A stretch of DNA of 61,938 bases, filler included, from Choristocarpus tenellus KU-1152 (GCA_964200185.2; 6 parts of 6 records of this genome joined end to end with filler, not necessarily neighbours in it), one strand, 5' to 3'; positions 41,502 to 54,919 are shown, counted from the first letter of the whole stretch. The notes: generated by a model not told the origin, from the sequence alone. Numbers and translations are program-made.

Positions 41502-42537
41502 CTAAACCCCAATTGGAGGTTGGGATGCATCCTCTGGAACCCCGTCATCCTCATACTTGGTAGTATCATCGAGGATGATATCCTCTCGGAAGACAGCCAG
41601 CATGCCTGCAAAGGCAGTGTAGACGATAAACAGGAAGAAGCAAAACACTGCAAAAGCACGGTCCGAGGCAGGCTCGTCCTCGTCCTCTGTAGTTGATGCC
41701 CTGCCCAAAAACACTGCAAAGAGAACCAGCATGGTCTGAGACATGATCACCACCACACCCAGGAAAAAGCCCACCGCCAGAGATGTGCGATACTTACGCA
41801 TTACGAGGGATCCCCCCACTGACAACCCAAACAGGAGCAGCACCTGCACAAGTAGAATTTTTGGTGAGGGGGTATGGGGATCTTATCATCCCACTGGTGC
41901 ATGAATTCAATTTCAAGCTTATATCGGTAGAGCTGTGCGTTTCATCAAAATAAGGCATAGATTTCAGGAGAGGGAGGTTCCATTGAATAACAATCCCATT
42001 GATGTGATACCACTATCAGCAGAAATGACCATGTAGCAAAACGAATAATTTGGTTGAAGGAACTACGATTTTGAAAAAAAACAGCTGTGTGAAGGACAAA
42101 CGGAAAGATGATCTGACCTTTCAATATTAGGTACCACAACAAACATCAAGAGTACAGTTCAAAATGGCACATTGTGGGCACACTGGGAGAGCAAGGTACA
42201 GTAGGGTACCTCCACAGACCAACGCAAGCGTTAGTCTTCAAAGACGAACTCGGTTTTGAGGGAATATGACAGGTCTCATGGGATTAACGGATTCACTCTG
42301 GTAAGGCAGGCGTAGAAAGTGAAGCTCGAAAAAAAATAAGCTGAGAGTGTGCAAACGCACCGTCCAGATAGCTGCGAAGTCTAAGGCGCCACTGCCAGAT
42401 GTTCCACTATGCGCCACAGCTGCACAGGCACATATGAATGCAATAACCACGATCACGATGGAAGTGAACCAGGCATACGCAATGGCCTTCTGCGGGTTCT
42501 TGTCGCACGGTCCACAAAGAGCGTTTCTGATTCCCAT
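41502..42537 (-). CDS. Small four-transmembrane protein (172 aa), family not recognised
   Basis: Exon 1 42537-42361 (MGIRNALCGPC..AWFTSIVIVVIAFICACAAV..FAAIWT|GT) and exon 2 41843-41502 (VLLLFGLSVGG..AVGFFLGVVVIM..AFAVFCFFLFIVY..acidic tail, TAG). Phase-0 intron; four hydrophobic helices. Confidence 0.85.
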
Positions 42538-44608
42538 TGTGCCTGTCGGAGGGTGATCAGAAAGAGAGGGTGAACGGTCTGTAAACATGGCGTAGATGCA
42601 AATGAACTAGGAATGGGACGGGAACACATGGTGTTTAGGAGGTGGAGTAACAAACATCACATCAGGCAAGGATATAGAGGGAGATGTTGAGAAAAATTCC
42701 AGTGCGCGTCACATTTTATCCGAAGTTCCATAGTTGAAGGTCCACCTAAGCATATAAGCCGTTTGGATCATGTCTAACGCATCCCTCAGGCCCCGATCTC
42801 CCATTACGTGTTGTTGTTCCAGAACATAACTCCCAGAATTTAGACTCTCTATTCTAGCGCCAACTGGTGAGTGCAGAAGAGGCAACCCCCACAATAAGAT
42901 AAATACCAACGAATCACTTAAAAACCGGTCATGATACATATCCTACCCCATTATGCTCCGCAAGTTTGAGTTTACAGGCAACAAGGAAGGCGAGGTTGCG
43001 AATGGCCCCTAGAGACCCTCCAATCATGATCTTTTTTGATTGACAAGGGAGTTAATCTTCACGAGGACTGTACACCACACCAAAAAATGACATTGCCTCA
43101 CCCCTGTTTGAAAGAACAGCGAAAAAGTTGGTGGGCGACTTCGCTCTCCTTCACTTCCTGTTCCAATCTTAGTTTCTGTTTTCGTTTCCACTTTGGAAGG
43201 TGGAAAAGAGAGTGTTATATGACCTAGGGTTAGGGGAATCATTATGTTTTTCACTGAGATAATAATGTCCTTGTTGTGTCTTTTACTACATATCATTGAG
43301 ATAACTATGACCTAGTACTGTATTGTACTTCTGTTTTACAAAAATAAGTTTTAAATAATGAATTAGTTCAAAGGTATAGATTTTTTTATGGGGTCAGTTG
43401 AGTTGTTGAGTCTGACCAGCACATCTCCTAACACGATTTTGAGCAGTTGACGGGGATGGATGGAGGTGACCACCTAGCACTGTACGCCAGAACAGGAGGT
43501 ATACCAACCTTCCAATGGTTAAACCCCAACCCCGCAATTTGAGACACGTGACCGTACGCGTGAGTCACCAGTAGATTCAACGTGTAGAGGACCAGCGGGA
43601 AAGATGAACTCAATGCACAAAATCAAGGTATGTACGGAGGAGCAAACGAGGAACAAGGCAGTTACGGAGAGAATTTGCCAACACCCTGAACTTGACGCGC
43701 GTGGAGGACGAAGCGTTTCGGAAATGGGGCTCTAGAAGGGTTCATGTGGGTTGGTCACCTGGACTACCCACACCTACCATGTTGGATGTTGTCCACAGAG
43801 TGGGGTATTCGGATATATTACTGGTACCACCCTAATTTCTTGCAAGTGGCCTCGTAGGGCTCAAGGAGATAGAGAGAGCTGGGTGTTTGCCTTTCACCCT
43901 GCCCAGTACGAAATCTTGAGGGTGAGGAAAGGGAGACATAGCGTACGGTTGACTGGGAAGGAATCGATGGCACATGAAACAGGAAGTGAGACAAGAGTAT
44001 ATCAACAACCAGTTGAGAAAGGTTCAGATCCTGTTGACAGAAAAATCGAAAATAGCCCCTGCCTAACATTTTTGAAATCTTCTTTCCCCTCCCCTCTGTT
44101 TGCTTACATTTGCATCCTCAGGTCTCTAATCATGAAGTTGGTGGCACAGGTGCCCTCATTCACCAACAGTGTTGTGCACCCCTGGGATAGGACATAACCC
44201 CCCTCCAACCCCACCCAACCCCCCAATTCGGGAACAGGAAACGGTTCAGATATCAGCAAGATGTATTTATATTTTAAATACCACCAACTACATAAAAATT
44301 CCAGATATATACTCCCTCTGCCTCACAAGTCTGTTCCTTTATACACGTACCTCTTCGGGATGACCTCCGATTTCAAAATGGATTTTCGCGTTGGATTCTT
44401 CTGAACATTTTTCGTAAGATGAGTTAAATCTGAAGAGTATAGGGTTAATGATTGTACATTGTTGTATTAGTAGCAGTAGTCTACCGTAATGTTTGTATCA
44501 ATCCATGCAACATACTCCAAGATAAATTTCATCTTAATATGCGACATAATAGTAGTGGTGGTGGTGTTCCAGTGCCGAGTTAATCCACGTTCATGGGATA
44601 ATATAATA

Positions 44609-44652
44609 GGGTCAAAGTATCTGGGGGGGGGGGTGTCGGCGTCCGTTTTTCA
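44609..44652. mobile_element. MITE subfamily A left end at contig edge
   Basis: GGGTCAAAGTATCTG(G)nTGTCGGCGTCCGTTTTTCA matches the start of the 60021 copy. Confidence 0.85.
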
Positions 44653-44752
44653 NNNNNNNNNNNNNNNNNNNNNNNNNNNNNNNNNNNNNNNNNNNNTTAA
44701 TTAATTAANNNNNNNNNNNNNNNNNNNNNNNNNNNNNNNNNNNNNNNNNNNN
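44653..44752. other. Artificial contig linker
   Basis: 44N-TTAATTAATTAA-44N. Confidence 0.97.
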
Positions 44753-45128
44753 CTTACCCGAAGAGAAGCAAGGGTAAGAGAAGCTACGGGGTTTCACTCA
44801 CTTTCTTGAAAAAAAAAAAAAAAAGAAATTACCTACGAAAAAAAAAAAAAAAAAAAAAAGGTTTTACTGATCAGACAAAACAAAAAAAAGGTGTATCTTC
44901 ATCCCGTTCTACAATAAGTAAAAAAAAAAAAAAAGGAAAAGGAAAGCAATACGTGGAAGGTGATCGGTATCGCACTACTCACGTCAATCCGCAGCCCCAA
45001 AAACAACACATTCGAACATCGAATCTGCTAATCCGCCTCCCCCCAACCCCCCCCCCAAAAAAAAACAAAAAAACAAAACAACTAATTAGTTTGTCTTCGA
45101 AACGAAAGAGACACCGCGTTACACTTAC

Positions 45129-47674
45129 TTGTAACCACTCGACTGCCCGTCCCTGCCGTTTACACAAGAATCTGAGAAGACAAGTGGGGACTGATTAGTC
45201 CTTACGCAAACTTGCTTCACAACTGACGAGAGCAAAAAACCTGAAGTGAATTGTGTCTATAGCGAACGCATCACATAGAGGAAAAAAAACATAAAATTGA
45301 ACTTCTGCGTCTCCGCCTTCCTGCCTTCGGTGTTGAATCTCAGATTCATATTTGGATTTCTGGGGCTGGGGCAGGGGTTCAGGCTATACTCGAACCTGAC
45401 GTGACTTCCATTTGGTATACTCAAAAGAACTATGCCACCTGCCTCAGTGACACTTACAAACCGCACCTACAAACGCATGAGAGCTCTAACCTCAGTCGAA
45501 ATCAACAGAAACTGTCAATTGGTCACAACTCAACTCAACCTATTGAAACTGACTGTTGTATTGCATGTAAAATCCATGGGTAATTCAATTACCAATGATC
45601 ATCATGTCATGCACACCGGTTCACCTTCACAGAATCAATCACTCAGCTCGAAAGCCTTCCACGAACTTAATAGAGGATCAAGATGTCCTCGAAACAAACA
45701 TGATGCTCGAGCAAATATAGATCAGAATTGAGCTGCACACACTCTAGGGGTGTCATCATATACACCAAAAAAGGGTCCTTGCGGCTGGTTTTCGTAGAAG
45801 AACAGAGACTGCCACCAACTATATATCGAGGGATCAGCAGATTCACAAGGCGATGTCAGGTAGTGACTATGTAAGGTATACTTCTGACAGTATAGCCTCA
45901 ATCGACAGTATCGACATCGGTTTTTCTATCACTCGCATACCGAAAAAGCAACCCTGGTTACACACCTGGCGCATATTCACATCACGGTACAATAATGGAC
46001 CAATCAAACGCTTTGATGACGACATCAATTATTCTTCAACTCAAACGCAGAGATCTTACATACCTATGTTCTCCACACATACATACATGGGAGGAGGTGG
46101 TGTTGTAGGCATACAATCCTGAGTCATCATTAAGAGGATCGCAACTTGAGCATGAGTGTTCCTTGAGAGGAGAGCCACCTTCAAAAAATATCTCGTTCGC
46201 TCATCCTAATTGACAAACTGCTGAGAGTTCAAATCATCTGTGCATATGACTGGACAACAGTCTGTACCCGCAACTGGTTGCGTTGTACACCACAACTCAA
46301 TATTCATACTTTGAAGTACTATAATATCCAACAGATACGTGCCGGAGATGGGTAAAGATTTACATGTTTGATGTTTGGTGATAAGACATGGGCGACTGCA
46401 ACTCAATTATGCACAATTTCGCAACCCAATGGGTTTGGGACTTGCAAGGCGTTTCAGCTGGAGATCGCTGACTGTTACAGTCAGTCTTGCTCTCTTGTTG
46501 ATAGAACAGTGAAAAGACCAACTCATGTCAGCATCCTCGTGCACGGAAGAGTTAATGCATAAGCACAGGCCTCCATTTTGACCACACAAGAGCAGGATGG
46601 ATACAGGTTTTGAATGTGGTCGATATTAATACAAGATTGTGCATCTGACCGAATCCTGCGAGTCACGTCTCCAAGGTGAGAGGTACACTTCAAAAGGTTA
46701 GGGAATAAGCAGCCTTCCATGGGTTGCAGTATAATCGTACTTGGACAGATTTCTACGATGGGTTTGCAGCACATTCTAAATGTGCTGTGTATCGCCAGTG
46801 AATCTGTGAAGTAGCATACATGTCAATTTGAGTGCCTGTCGCATAGGTCGTGAATATGCCACAAAAATATTCGCTTTACACCGACGGCATCCAGTTGGAC
46901 GGAAACGCATGTCTATCTTCGGGTCAAAGTCTCCAAGCATTTTAGTGTCACAGTGGGATAATCACAGCAGAGAATACACCAAAGATCTATGTTTATACTA
47001 CAATATAATACGAAATAGTAATAATTGGGGGGTGGAGAGGGGATGTCTGGCAATGAATCCAGTAGGATCAGACATAGCACAAATCCATGTGGCTTCCTCA
47101 CCTTCTCGATCAACTCAAAGCTCGTGCTGCTGCCAAGGACATCCGAGAGCTTCCCGGAAAATTTGAGAATCGTCCGTGTGTCCTGAATACTTGTTACAGC
47201 TATGAGAGCATCGATTGCAGCCACCCCCCCCAGCTTTTCCGCCGGCTCCTGCATGTTGTGAACAATGAAGGTATCGTCAATGTCACGCACACTGCAATTC
47301 CATGTCAATGTCGTTCCATATCTCAGTGGTATGCAAATGATAATAATGCAAACGTTGTCAAACCCCAAAAACACTACCACTCTGAATTGCTGCCACGAAC
47401 TGCACCACATGCTCCCAAAGTCGCATCAACAAGCATTAACCTTGCTGTCAATGAGCTCAAACACGCGTTCATGCAGTTCTCCCTGAAAACTGTTGAATTC
47501 CTCCGTAGATAACTCCCGTACAGCTGTTTCCACACATCTCCCAAGTTGCTCTGCTGCACTCTGTCGTGAGTCTGGGCGGTGGAGTTTCCGCAGGCAGTCG
47601 CGCCATTCCGCATCCAATCCCTCACCATATGAATCTATTCCCTCGTCAAAGAGTGTATACCCACTTGCACTCAT
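45129..47674 (-). CDS. TOR: Target of rapamycin kinase, N-terminal HEAT-repeat exons (3'-truncated)
   Basis: Exon 47674-47441 (..AAEQLGRCVETAVRELSTEEFNSFQGELHERVFELIDSK), exon 47248-47102 (EPAEKLGGVAAIDALI..LKFSGKLSDVL) and micro-exon 45152-45129 (GRAVEWLQ). These parallel the recalled TOR N-terminal motifs RE(M/L)S..F...IFEL, EKxGGIxAIxxL, RFANYL and RALEWL. Confidence 0.82.
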
Positions 47675-48259
47675 GGTGCACAGATCAAGGCCTCGGTAGC
47701 GGGATTCTTGGTCTAGGTCGCCATCCCTCAAGCTCTGCCTTTTCGTCCACTTTTTTGCCCCCTCTCGCCGCCCCGCGAGGCTTCAAGACGGGGCTAGTTT
47801 TATCTCTGAGTGTACGTCAATCCAGCAATGTTTTGCTGTTGTTTATCGGTGGTGTAGAAGCTTCTTGCTCCACGTCGACAAGACAGGTCCTAAAATACAA
47901 ACAGTTGATAGACTTGGGTCTCTTAGCATAGTGTATTGGGGAGTCCTAAAAGATTATCAGGCAGAGGACATTAATACTAAGCCTATTCTTCATCTTCCAT
48001 TATTTCTCACCAATGAAAAAACAGCATCACCTCTACATTCAAACACTCCACGGCATCATTTATATTTTACCAAAATGAAATGGCCAATCTCGAAATATAT
48101 AGATAATCTTTTTTAAAATAGTTAATGTATATTTGTCCAAGTTCTGAAAGGGGAAGGTAGATAGATACCTCTTTTTCAATCTCCATAGACCAACGTAGTG
48201 AGTAATTCAACTATTGTGAGAATTGAACTTCCTTAAGAGGGTGGTCTTAAAGTTTGGCG
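47675..48259. promoter_or_regulatory. Putative bidirectional promoter / 5' UTRs between TOR and the serine carboxypeptidase
   Basis: Only 585 bp separate two divergent ATGs on the same contig. Confidence 0.55.
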
Positions 48260-51200
48260 ATGAAGATTCTTTGGCCCCTTATCGCGTTACTACCCGCAGT
48301 GGTAGTATCTGGTGAGTAGGGTGTAGAGCCTAAGTTTCCTCCTTCCAGAAGTTCATCGACCTTTTTAGAAGACGATATGATACGAGATGATGGGTCACGA
48401 CGATGCAGAATGTGAATAGTACTCGATAGCAAAGATTGGAGTTAATTATTACATAGGTAGTAGGGGGACGAAGGGTTTTGGTGTTTCGGGCTCTATGGGA
48501 AAAGATAGGGGGCAAAGTCGTGGATGGAGGTGACCAATAATCTATTTCTCCTTGTCGAAAAGTCAGTGCCATGTCCCAGTGCCATGTCCCATTGTGGTTA
48601 ATTTAATCCACTGTACCGTTTCCCCCTCAAATCTATCCCCTTACCCTTGCATCTCTTGCATTCCTTACTTCAGACTACACTCGAGGTGCGCTGGAAGATG
48701 AGGTAATTTGGGATACCTTGCCTGGTGCGGGAAATTTGCCGGCCAATTTCAATATGTTTGCGGGATTTATCGATGTCAATGAGGAAACTGGCAAACGTAT
48801 CTTCTACTGGTTCATGGAGGCACAAGAAAATCCTGAAGAAGCTCCCGTGGTAAGTTGAACCCAGACAATCAGGTGACCCGCATTGGTAGTACCTTTGTTT
48901 GCGGTACCATCACCCTTTTCACGTTCGCCAAGGCAGAGTCTAGGTCTCATCAAGAGTGCGACAAAGTTCATCATTTTCAAGATTCTCTTGCTATTTTGCG
49001 TAGGTTACCAGTAAGGCTACGGTTGTAGGCCTTCATCTGGATACTGCTGAGGTGCAGATCTTTTAGACTTCAGACACTCGGACACGTGTATCGTCGGAAG
49101 ACTTCCAATCGCTTACGACATTTTTTTCACCTGTTATAGTCAGAGATTGGCCATGTGTAGAGAAAGGTGACTCTTTGTCGGGTGCAAACCTCCTGAGATT
49201 ACTGAAATCGAGTTAGGCATATATGTGCCTCAGAACTCAAGTTGAAGTTGTGTTGTGTACTGACGCAAAATATGCCAGACGCTGTATTGGGAGGGGTCAA
49301 AATTAACGAAGTTTCTGCTCCATTAAAATAATATATCCACGGATGAACAGGTGCTGTGGACCAACGGAGGACCTGGCTGCAGTGGTTTCCTTGGCCTCTT
49401 GACAGAACATGGGCCATTCCAGGTGACCCATTGTGGATGATAGTAGATCGATCAACTCCGCGGTCCATTGACAGTGCACTTCTCATGCCTCCAAAAAATA
49501 AAAATAAAATCTCGAAATCATTACATTTTCACCATGCAAGTGAAGCAGCTCTAGCCGGAAGATGAGTCTGAACTGTTTGTTCCAAAAAGCAAAAAAAAAA
49601 AAATTGAAAGACCTGGCCTATTGTCCTTTCTTTTGTTTCCTTGTTTCGTGCCATGTGACATTCCAAGGTACGAGACGGTGGAGAAACATTGGTCAACAAC
49701 GAGTACAGTTGGAACAAGCTGGCCAACATGTTGTACGTAGAGATTCCCAGTGGAGTCGGCTACAGCTACAGCGACAGACCTGCAGACTACAAGGTGAAGC
49801 GGCAATGCAGTTGTGAAACTTGTGTGAATATAGGAGAAAAGGTAGTCAGAAGAAAAAAGAGAAGTACACAATGGCTGAGAAAGGGCAAATAATACTCTAG
49901 GGTAATTTTGAAGGCGGTGATGGAAATAGGAGAAGAGGAAAGGGAAGGATAGTCACTCGAGTGTGACTATCTACCGATAGGGTTAAGAAAGCCTTTTAGG
50001 TAGGAACACCCTTGACCAACTTCGCAGGCTGATGTGGGTTGTGCCATCAAAGAGTGAGGTAGATAGAAAATGTGGTTTTGTACTCAACTCAAGTCTCCGT
50101 TGTCCTAATTGACTTTGAAGGAGTAACTTACACGTATGATATCGTGCCATCTGTGATCATATAAATAACCCTGCTATTGATACTAATAATAATAAAACTT
50201 GTTGCTGCTTTTCGTTGGGTGGTTTGTTACTTGATGGTGGGAAGACGGGAGATGAGGCCACTACTTTGGACAACCTTTCCTTCATCAATGGATGGATGGA
50301 CCGATTCCCTCGCTATCAAAGGCAAGGAGGGGATAGATGGTGGTAGGGGGGCTTAAGCGCGGATGGCTGTTGGTTACATGGGGAATTGAGGAGATTTTTT
50401 TTTTTGAAGAAAGGCACTGGACGAAGGTTTTATATTAAAAAAAATTGTCTGCCATGCTTGAAAGATGTCAGAGTTGTATGTGTGAGACAAGTAATATACA
50501 AAAAATGAAGTGAAATAAATAAAAATGAAGTTCAGGATATCGTGATATAATTAAAGTAGGTGTGGATGGGTGATTGTTGAAATGGATTCCAAATCAAAGT
50601 GGAGATCAATGGCCATCCTACCCACCATTACTTCCCATCCCCCCAAATGTCTCAGTAATCGTTTCTTCATCTCATCGGAGTCTTACGGAGGTCACTATAT
50701 GCCCCTGCTCGGAATGCAAATCATCGAGCACAACAAGCGAGTGGAGCATTCCGGGGAAGGAGAAAGGATAATCAATTTTGGTGGTTTCTTAGTGGGGAAC
50801 CCTTTCACGGAGTATTCTTCAAATCAGGTGGGTTAGGGTAGTGGGGTTATATACAGGAACAAGATAGTTCAAGGAGGTGGTTCGTAGTTGCTAAGAAATG
50901 TAAAGTTGTGAAAGAGGTAAGAGGTGTATGGTTTATAGCAAGTGCGTTTTGAATAGTGTTGAGGCATGCACTAGTAGTCCTAGTAGCAGAAAGAATTATA
51001 TATGGTCTTCTTGTTCTTAAGTATCGATGGAGGGTTGTGTATTCCTTCAGGTCAAGATCATCTTTGGGAAGATTTGAGTTGAAAGCGTCAAATGAGGTTA
51101 CTTTTTGCATTAGTACTCCTGTTCCATGCAGTTGTTTGGGGGCATTTCAAGGTTAGGGTTAGGGTTGAGATATTTTGTTATGGATGTGATTTTTCTTGTT

Positions 51201-54200
51201 TGGGGAGGTAGTTGGTAGAGGGTGCTGTTTAAGAACATTCGAGGGCATTAACTACTCTAAATATTTTTTTATTTCAAGAATACTGTCGTACCACAGTCAG
51301 ATACATTTGCAGTGGTGCCACACAAGGCTATTGAAAACATGCTACGAAATTAAACTGCAAAGTCTACTTCAAAACCTTGAGGTGTTACAGTGAGCGAATC
51401 GGATGTAGCCTCAATAGATTGATCACTTACGCGGAGAATCTGTGTCTTCAAGTCACGTAAAGTTTTACTTGTTTATTGTTTATTGTTTTTATTGTTTCTT
51501 CTTTTTATTGTGCGTTTGTAAAAGTAGCCAAGGTGCTTCTTTGAGCCTTACGTCTTAACTCAATTATTTAGTGTGTTCATGGCAATAGTGGAGGATCCCT
51601 TGTTGTCAAGGAATGTTTATTCAGCAATGCCGCAATGGATGGCAAGCCGGAGGGTAGAAGTCGACGGTTGCCAATTGATGCTTTTCCAGGTGTGTGTGTG
51701 TGTGTTGAGGGAAGAGGGAAGAGGAAGAAAATATACAAAAGAAATGTGCAACCTCTGTAGTGCTGGCTCTTTTTTTAATGTTGTTAAATGTTGGATCTGT
51801 GTTTTTCTCATTTTTTTTTCTAAGGTTGGGATGTACGAGGCCTATTGGGGGAAGCAGCTTTTGCCAAAGGTCGTGTTTGATGAGTGGTGGTCAAAATGCG
51901 TCGATGGGGGGTACAAGGGTGATCTGGAGGTCTGCCAGGAGCTGGAGGCTCGCATGGACGAGCTGATCGGTGAGATGTGTAGAAGGAGAGAGAGAGCACG
52001 TCTTTTGTTTGGAGCAACGAAGGAAGGGAGCTGTAATCCCTTTTCCTCCTTTGTTATGATTTGTCATGTACTGCCCAGGTACATAAACAGAGAGGGGTTT
52101 GGGTTGTGGTGCTGATGAGAGTGAATAACCTATGGGGGTTTTTTTTGTGCTCTCGGGTTGAAGTCAACAGGTGTCCTGTGTCTGGGAAGAAATTTATAGA
52201 TTTTTTTTTTGTGGTTCTTTTTTTGGTCGATGGTTCTAAAGGTTTTTGCTGAGCTCTGGGTGTCTTGTCTTGCTCACGGCTGTCTCACTGATGTTGGGAT
52301 GAAGGCTAGAACGCTACGCTCCGTAAGTCCTGAAAACTTTTTTTTATGGTTGTAAGTAACGCTACTGTAGTGTTTACAAACTCCTGCGCGTATTTTGGTG
52401 GCATTGTGTGTTCTGTGTTGTAGACAAGTGTGTACGAGGGAGGGCTATGGAGCCAAAGTATCTTAGAGGGTAGAGCCGTGTCCATTTGGGGTCAAAATCC
52501 AATGTTGCAATTTTTGATGTAATTTTGGCTATCGTGTTTGTTAGGAAGTGTCAATATCTATCTTTCGGAAATACCTTTTCATAGCATACACACTTTACCT
52601 ACTCCTAAACATTTTGGAGTAGGAAAATGTCATAAGAGAACCAATGGGAAGCCAAGCCCCAAATGGACAAAACAGGGCAAAACTCGTACCCTCTCTTAAT
52701 AAGATAGTTTTACTGTATGACGTGTGAGAACCGGTGCAAGGACGCGTAACTCCAAAGACTTTTGAATTGGAAGTTGGGAAGAGGATCGGTTGTCATTTTG
52801 GTGTTCATAGGTGTCTTCAGTGTCTCTTGTTCTTGGATAGTGAATGATGCACGCAATAGAAATCTCGTTCTCTGTACATTTAAAAAAAAAAAAAAAGATT
52901 ATTAGGATTTTCCTTCTCTAGTGTTAGTAGCCCAATAGAATTGGAGTGCACAGTTGTGATGTATAAGGACATGATCGTGAAAGAGAGGAATTTGTGAAAG
53001 AATTTTTAAAACCGCTGAGATGCTATAGGCACCACTGGTGGAGTAGATCAGGAGAGGTAGAGCCAGTTATGTTACGTGTTCCTGTCTGTTTCAAGTTTAG
53101 CTCTGTGCCTGATCAATTATTTTAGGGGTCTGTTATTGGATGATGTGTTTGTGTATCAAGTGGTACTTGTTCTCCAGTGGTATTGTTTTTTTGGTTATCC
53201 GTATTGACACTGCAAGTCCCACTTGATGCCCTACACCTCTCTCAAACTTACTTCTTGAGTCAATGAACTTGAGACCACAACCCCTTTGTGATACAGGTAG
53301 AATATATATTGGCATCAACCCAGATAATGTCCTCTGCCAATGAAAAGCATACATCATGTAAGTCTTGGTAGGACTTTCTTTTGGGTGAGCGAGGACTACC
53401 TGGTTATAGTGTGATCATACTTGAGTAGAAAGGATGTAGCCATGGTGTTGATACTTCACCGATACCTGTTGGAAGAGTGGATTTACGAATCTCATACATT
53501 TTTTTTGTTTTTGCAGTTATCCCTATTTTGTTTTTGTTTTTTTCACACAGTGTATTGTAAGTGTTTGTTGCTATCGCTACTTAGACCGAATCTAATCTCT
53601 ACGAAACTGTCAATGAAACTGTCGGATTGATGTCCGATCATCTCACAACAATAACAATAACAACAACAACAGGTAATGTCAACCCTTACGCACTGGACTT
53701 CCCTGTGTGTGAGGATGACCTCAACTCTTCCAGTGGGGCACTGGGAGAAGGGAGGACACTGCCAAGAGCGCAGAGGATGCACCTCAAGGCGTTCATTGAT
53801 CGGTTCGCCAGCTCAGGAAAGATGCGTACACAGTTGACTAAAGAGGTGGATAACGGCCTGCTGGATGGTATTTCAGCTCCAATGTTGAGGACTTCGAGAC
53901 ACGTGTTACAGTCCGTTTTGAAAGTGGAGGGCGGTCAGAGACTGTTGGCAGGATATGAGCCTTGTGCAGAGGACTTTACCATCCCGTGAGTGGGATGCAT
54001 GTATATTGGGAGGCGTCCACTGTGTTCTTGTACTGTTTGTTCGTAGTTACGGTACGCAAGATTGTCCCTGCTCTGCCTCAGCAGTATATTCTTGATTTTT
54101 ATTTTATTTTTGTATTCCCGCTGTTTTTTTACTTCTTGAGTAGGGATGGGGAAGGCGTTTCTTCCTGGTCTAGATAGGTAGGTAGGTAGGTAGATAGAAT

Positions 54201-54919
54201 GAACAAAATAGACCATTGCATTGAAATTGAGCCTGCCTGGGACTAGTGTATAGTGTGTAAGACACTGTATAGTGTATAGTGTATATATCAAAGAACAAAA
54301 ACGCCTTCGATCCATGTCATGCCAGTACCCCTAGTGTAGTAGACAAGATGAAAGTATGGCGGTCAGATTGAACCACCTTGCCACGGTCGTAGGAGTGTTA
54401 CGTATTGTCCTTGTCTTTCAGGTTGCCCACACCATTGTCGCTTTTTTTTTTTTGCTGTATTTTTTTTTTTTAACACAAGTGTACGGATTTCACATGGGCG
54501 TTGCGTTGAATCATCNNNNNNNNNGTGTTGTGTGGATAGTGATGGTATGGGGGGGTGGCAAAGTGATTGTGTGTTTTTTTTTTTTGCTGTATTTTTTTTT
54601 TTTTCAACACAAGTGTACGGATTTCACATGGGCGTTGCGTTGAATCATCCTAATGATGATAATAATACTGGATGACTTTTTGTGTGTGTGTGTGTGTGTG
54701 TGGATGGAGAACAGGTACCTCAACCGTGAGGATGTTAGGAAGGCCCTGCATGCGCCTACAAAGGAAGGGGATGGTGTTGGGTCGAATGGGTACTATCCGT
54801 GGGAACAGTGCTCTTCCAGGGTCGAGTACCTTGAAGAGGACTTGCTAGTGCCGATGATGTCGTACTACAATTCCCTTTTGGACGGGGAGCATGGCATCAA
54901 GATACTTGTGTTCTCAGGG
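48260..54919 (+). CDS. Serine carboxypeptidase (peptidase S10), secreted/vacuolar; 3' exons missing
   Basis: Exons 48260-48311 (signal peptide [17 protein letters not shown]), 48674-48849 ([15 protein letters not shown]), 49351-49422 (WTNGGPGCS), 49668-49793 ([22 protein letters not shown]), 50245-50321, 50656-50827 (SESYGGHY, catalytic Ser; VGNP), 51825-51969, 53673-53985 and 54715-54919 ([19 protein letters not shown]). All junctions are phase-consistent. Confidence 0.95.
52450..52715. mobile_element. MITE subfamily C copy (intronic, inverted relative to 35525)
   Basis: tatg|GAGCCAAAGTATCTTAGAGGGTA ... TACCCTCTCTTAATAAGATAGTTTTACTG|tatg. Confidence 0.88.

Noticed and set aside
43450-44200. 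Possible plus-strand exons
   Set aside because: Splice-like sites are present, but there is no consistent open frame or homology.
54440-54650. ~70-bp duplication around an 8-N gap
   Set aside because: Near-identical copies flanking a gap; probably a scaffolding overlap artefact.
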